Source: Octopus sinensis
Lineage: Eukaryota
Assembly (NCBI RefSeq): GCF_006345805.1
Contig: NC_043002.1
Coordinates: forward strand, 51,522,001 to 51,586,000
Direction: 5' to 3'
Length of the DNA stretch: 64,000 nt
Shown in pieces: positions 61,161 to 64,000 of this stretch; position 1 is the stretch's first letter, and each line of letters starts with the position of its first letter. The position numbers were made by a program, and so were the translations under genes. The notes under the pieces are model-generated. The model ran no database searches. It saw only the letters and a list, made by a program, of their open reading frames with translations, and was not told the DNA's origin.

Positions 61161-62124
61161 TGAAAAATAAATAAATAAAAATAATTTACAGAAATTAACA
61201 AACAAAACAGCTGAACCGGATGACAGTTTGTTGACAACTTTGAGAGTTATAACAAAACATAGCCGCTTCTACCTAATAAACCATGTTTTTCACTCAACAA
61301 CTCTTTTTTTACAACTAAAATAACCTCAGCAACTATCTGGGTCGCACAATTTTGAGGTCATCATCGCACAATATTTAAATTTGCTTTTAATGTTTCACTC
61401 TCGAATGATGTTTCACGCATGCATAGAATTCTAGTCAGACAAACATTTATGAACATGTACACATAAATATTGTATTAAAATAAGCCATAACCAAAAAAAT
61501 TGCATTAAAAGACATCTGTTTCTCTATATGTTATGAGAAAATATAGTCTCTCTCTCTCACACAAAAAAGATGTTGGCATATGTTTAAAGTTAGGGTTACA
61601 CCAAAAACGGGTGCTGCCTATTTATGCATGTGTATATGAAAGTTAATGTGTGTGTGAGAAAGAAAGAGTGAGTGCCACTTACACATACATGCAAAAAAAT
61701 TCTTACATCATAGCACACACCTTCACTCGCTCACTCTCTTCTTCTCTCTCTCTCTCTCTCTCACACATGTCCATTTCATATACACGTACATCTTTCAATT
61801 TCTCCTCTCTTTTACTCTCTCCTATCACTTCAAAGCAAATGTTGCCTTTTCATTTTATCCTCTCTTTCAATTTCTGCTCTCTTCAAAGCATAAAGAAATT
61901 TCAAAGAATTTACGGAAATTAAAATTATAATCCCATATATGTTGAGCTGATGACTTTGGTTCTTCAAATGAAAGAATGCCATAAAATAACTTCCTTTGAC
62001 ACACACATGCACACAAACTCATACACACACTGTAACTAAAACTTCTGTATGAATTATGTTATTTCTTGCAGTGTGCACATGCAAATTTAAATATATATAT
62101 ACACATATGTATACATATGTACAG

Positions 62125-63400
62125 CTAGAAAGGCATAGGAAAAATTTCTTTAGACTTTTCAATAATTTAGGACTAAACATTACTATTGGTAAAGACTATC
62201 GTAAAGTGAATTTTCTTGTCACTACCTTTGGTCTTGATACTGGATTATTTGAACCATTCCATAAGCCAAATAATCATATTAAGTACATAAACGTATCATG
62301 CAACCATCCACCCTCGATTATACAGGGACTAGTTAAGAATATATCTACAAGAATCTCTAGATTATCTGTTAATAAAAAAATTTTCAAATCACATGCGACT
62401 TATTATAATGCTGCTCTAGCTAGGGCTGGGTACCATGAAAAATGTTAATATATACAAGAAGCTGGCATGTACAACACTGGTAATTCCTTTAACTGTGATA
62501 CACATTGTATACCACTGCAACATCATGGTTTGAGAACCCACTCAGATAAAGAATACAGGCCAGAAAGAGTTGGTCATCTCAATGAGCTACCAATGAAAAC
62601 TCATAGACACATGCAACATAATAATCCAAATGCTTCTTCCAATCCTGTTCAACACACTCGATCAAATAAGCCTAACAACAGATTCACCTTACTGGCACCT
62701 GTGCTGGTGGCATGTGTAAAAGGATTCGAGTGAGGTCATTGCCAGTACTGCCTGACTGGCCCCCGTGTCGGTGGCACATAAAAAGCACCAACTACACTCT
62801 TGGAGTGGTTGGCGTTAGGAAGGGCATCCAACTGTAGAAACTCTGCCAATCAAGATTGGAGCCTGGTGCAACCATCTGGTTCACCAGCCCTCAGTCAAAA
62901 TCATCCAACCCATACTAGCATGGAAAGCGGATGTTGAATGATGAACGATGATGAACAGATATAGGAATCAGGGTGTCCTCGATCGGTTTGCATGTTTCAA
63001 TCAAGGTCACTGGAAAATTTTTTGCTGCTTTGGACAAGTGTTTTCTTAAATTTAATCGGTATCATGCGATTTTTTAATTGACACACCATAAAGGTATCAT
63101 ACACCAACTTTACTAATTTAGAGCAGCTTATGCATCGCATAAACAATAGCAAAATGTGGGAAAGGTTCAATAATCCACCTACTGGATCTAGCGAACATTT
63201 GCATCTAAATACCAACCGAGGAGATGTAAACCACCATGATAAACACCAATTATGCTCAAGTTGTAGTAGTAGAAATACTTATGATATAGCTAACTTGGTA
63301 ACAACACCGGTAAATGGAGTTGGGACTGCCATACATACAAATAAATATGATAAATGCTCACGCAGAGAAAAATCAAAATGTCCTTTGATGAATCTCTGTA
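62125..63400 (+). mobile_element. Decayed Penelope-like element (RT C-terminus toward GIY-YIG linker), interrupted by an RTE-tail copy at ~62680-62950
   Basis: VNFL...FEPFHKPNNHIKYINVSCNHPPSIIQGL...RISRLS; GKFFAALDKCF; FN*HTIKVSY; KCSRREKSKCPLMNLC. Confidence 0.8.
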
Positions 63401-63704
63401 TGAGTACAACATTTCTTTTTATCTTGTATCTTATTTTAAACCTAAATCTTTTCTTTCATATTCTAATTCGCTAATTTTGGCTGACATATCCACCTTTTTC
63501 AAGTTCTCTTTTGTAACGGAGAACTTTCACTCACCCATATAAATAATTCTGCAACACACTTTGCTTTCAGTTTCATAATTTGAACATTTTCATATAAATA
63601 CATAATCATGTATAATACCATTAGTAATATTAATACTAACTAGCTGACATTTTGCCCCTGACCCACTTCCCATAGCAGTAGAGCAACAAAACTTGGCACA
63701 GTTA

Positions 63705-64000
63705 TTAGTCATTTTCTACATAGGAACCACCCAGAGTTACGCATTTCTCCCATCGTTTGATGCGGCTCTGGAGACCGTTTTTGTAGAAGAACCCAGCTTG
63801 GTCCTCCAACCTCAACGTGACTTCAGAAATCAAGGCTGCATCATCTGGGAAACGCTTTCCTTTCAAAAACAACTTCATGATTAGGAAGAGGTGAAAATCA
63901 GAGGGTGCAAGGTCAGGAAAGTAGGGGGGATGGGGAGGAGTTCATAGCCATACGCCTGTGCTTCTGATCTGGCGACAAGCGAGTTGTGGACCGGAGCGTT
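63705..64000 (-). mobile_element. mariner transposase C-terminal part (runs off the window end)
   Basis: NAPVH...PDLAPSDFHLF.IMKLFLKGKRF...KRWEKCVTLGGSYVEND*, one frameshift. Confidence 0.9.

Noticed and set aside
61945-61975. CTGATGA...GAAA hammerhead-like spacing on the plus strand
   Set aside because: Stem I does not pair and stem III is unconvincing; similar partial hits at ~11270 and ~49250 fail likewise.

Overview
AT-rich, repeat-dense eukaryotic DNA. The SINE and RTE-LINE content suggests Octopus or another coleoid cephalopod (my recognition, not a database result). There is no operon, CRISPR array or other prokaryotic system, and most ORF-track entries are microsatellite or SINE read-throughs. 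Main gene: a + strand multi-exon gene encoding an HPS4-like (BLOC-3 subunit, longin-family) protein. Ten phase-consistent coding exons run from 33049 to 57919, including a 25-nt microexon, with a candidate first exon at 18754-18824; the C-terminus appears to lie beyond the window. Also present: one tRNA-Lys(UUU) gene; a 5'-truncated but stop-free RTE LINE reverse-transcriptase ORF nested with a 277-bp palindrome inside an older SINE; decayed RTE, Penelope-like, mariner and Chapaev elements; two non-autonomous Helitrons; MITEs/foldbacks; and three abundant tRNA-derived SINE families. The least-explained signals are hammerhead-ribozyme-like motifs, all on the minus strand (best at 5109-5154), and long hairpins in the HPS4 pre-mRNA. 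All alignments and folds were done by eye.
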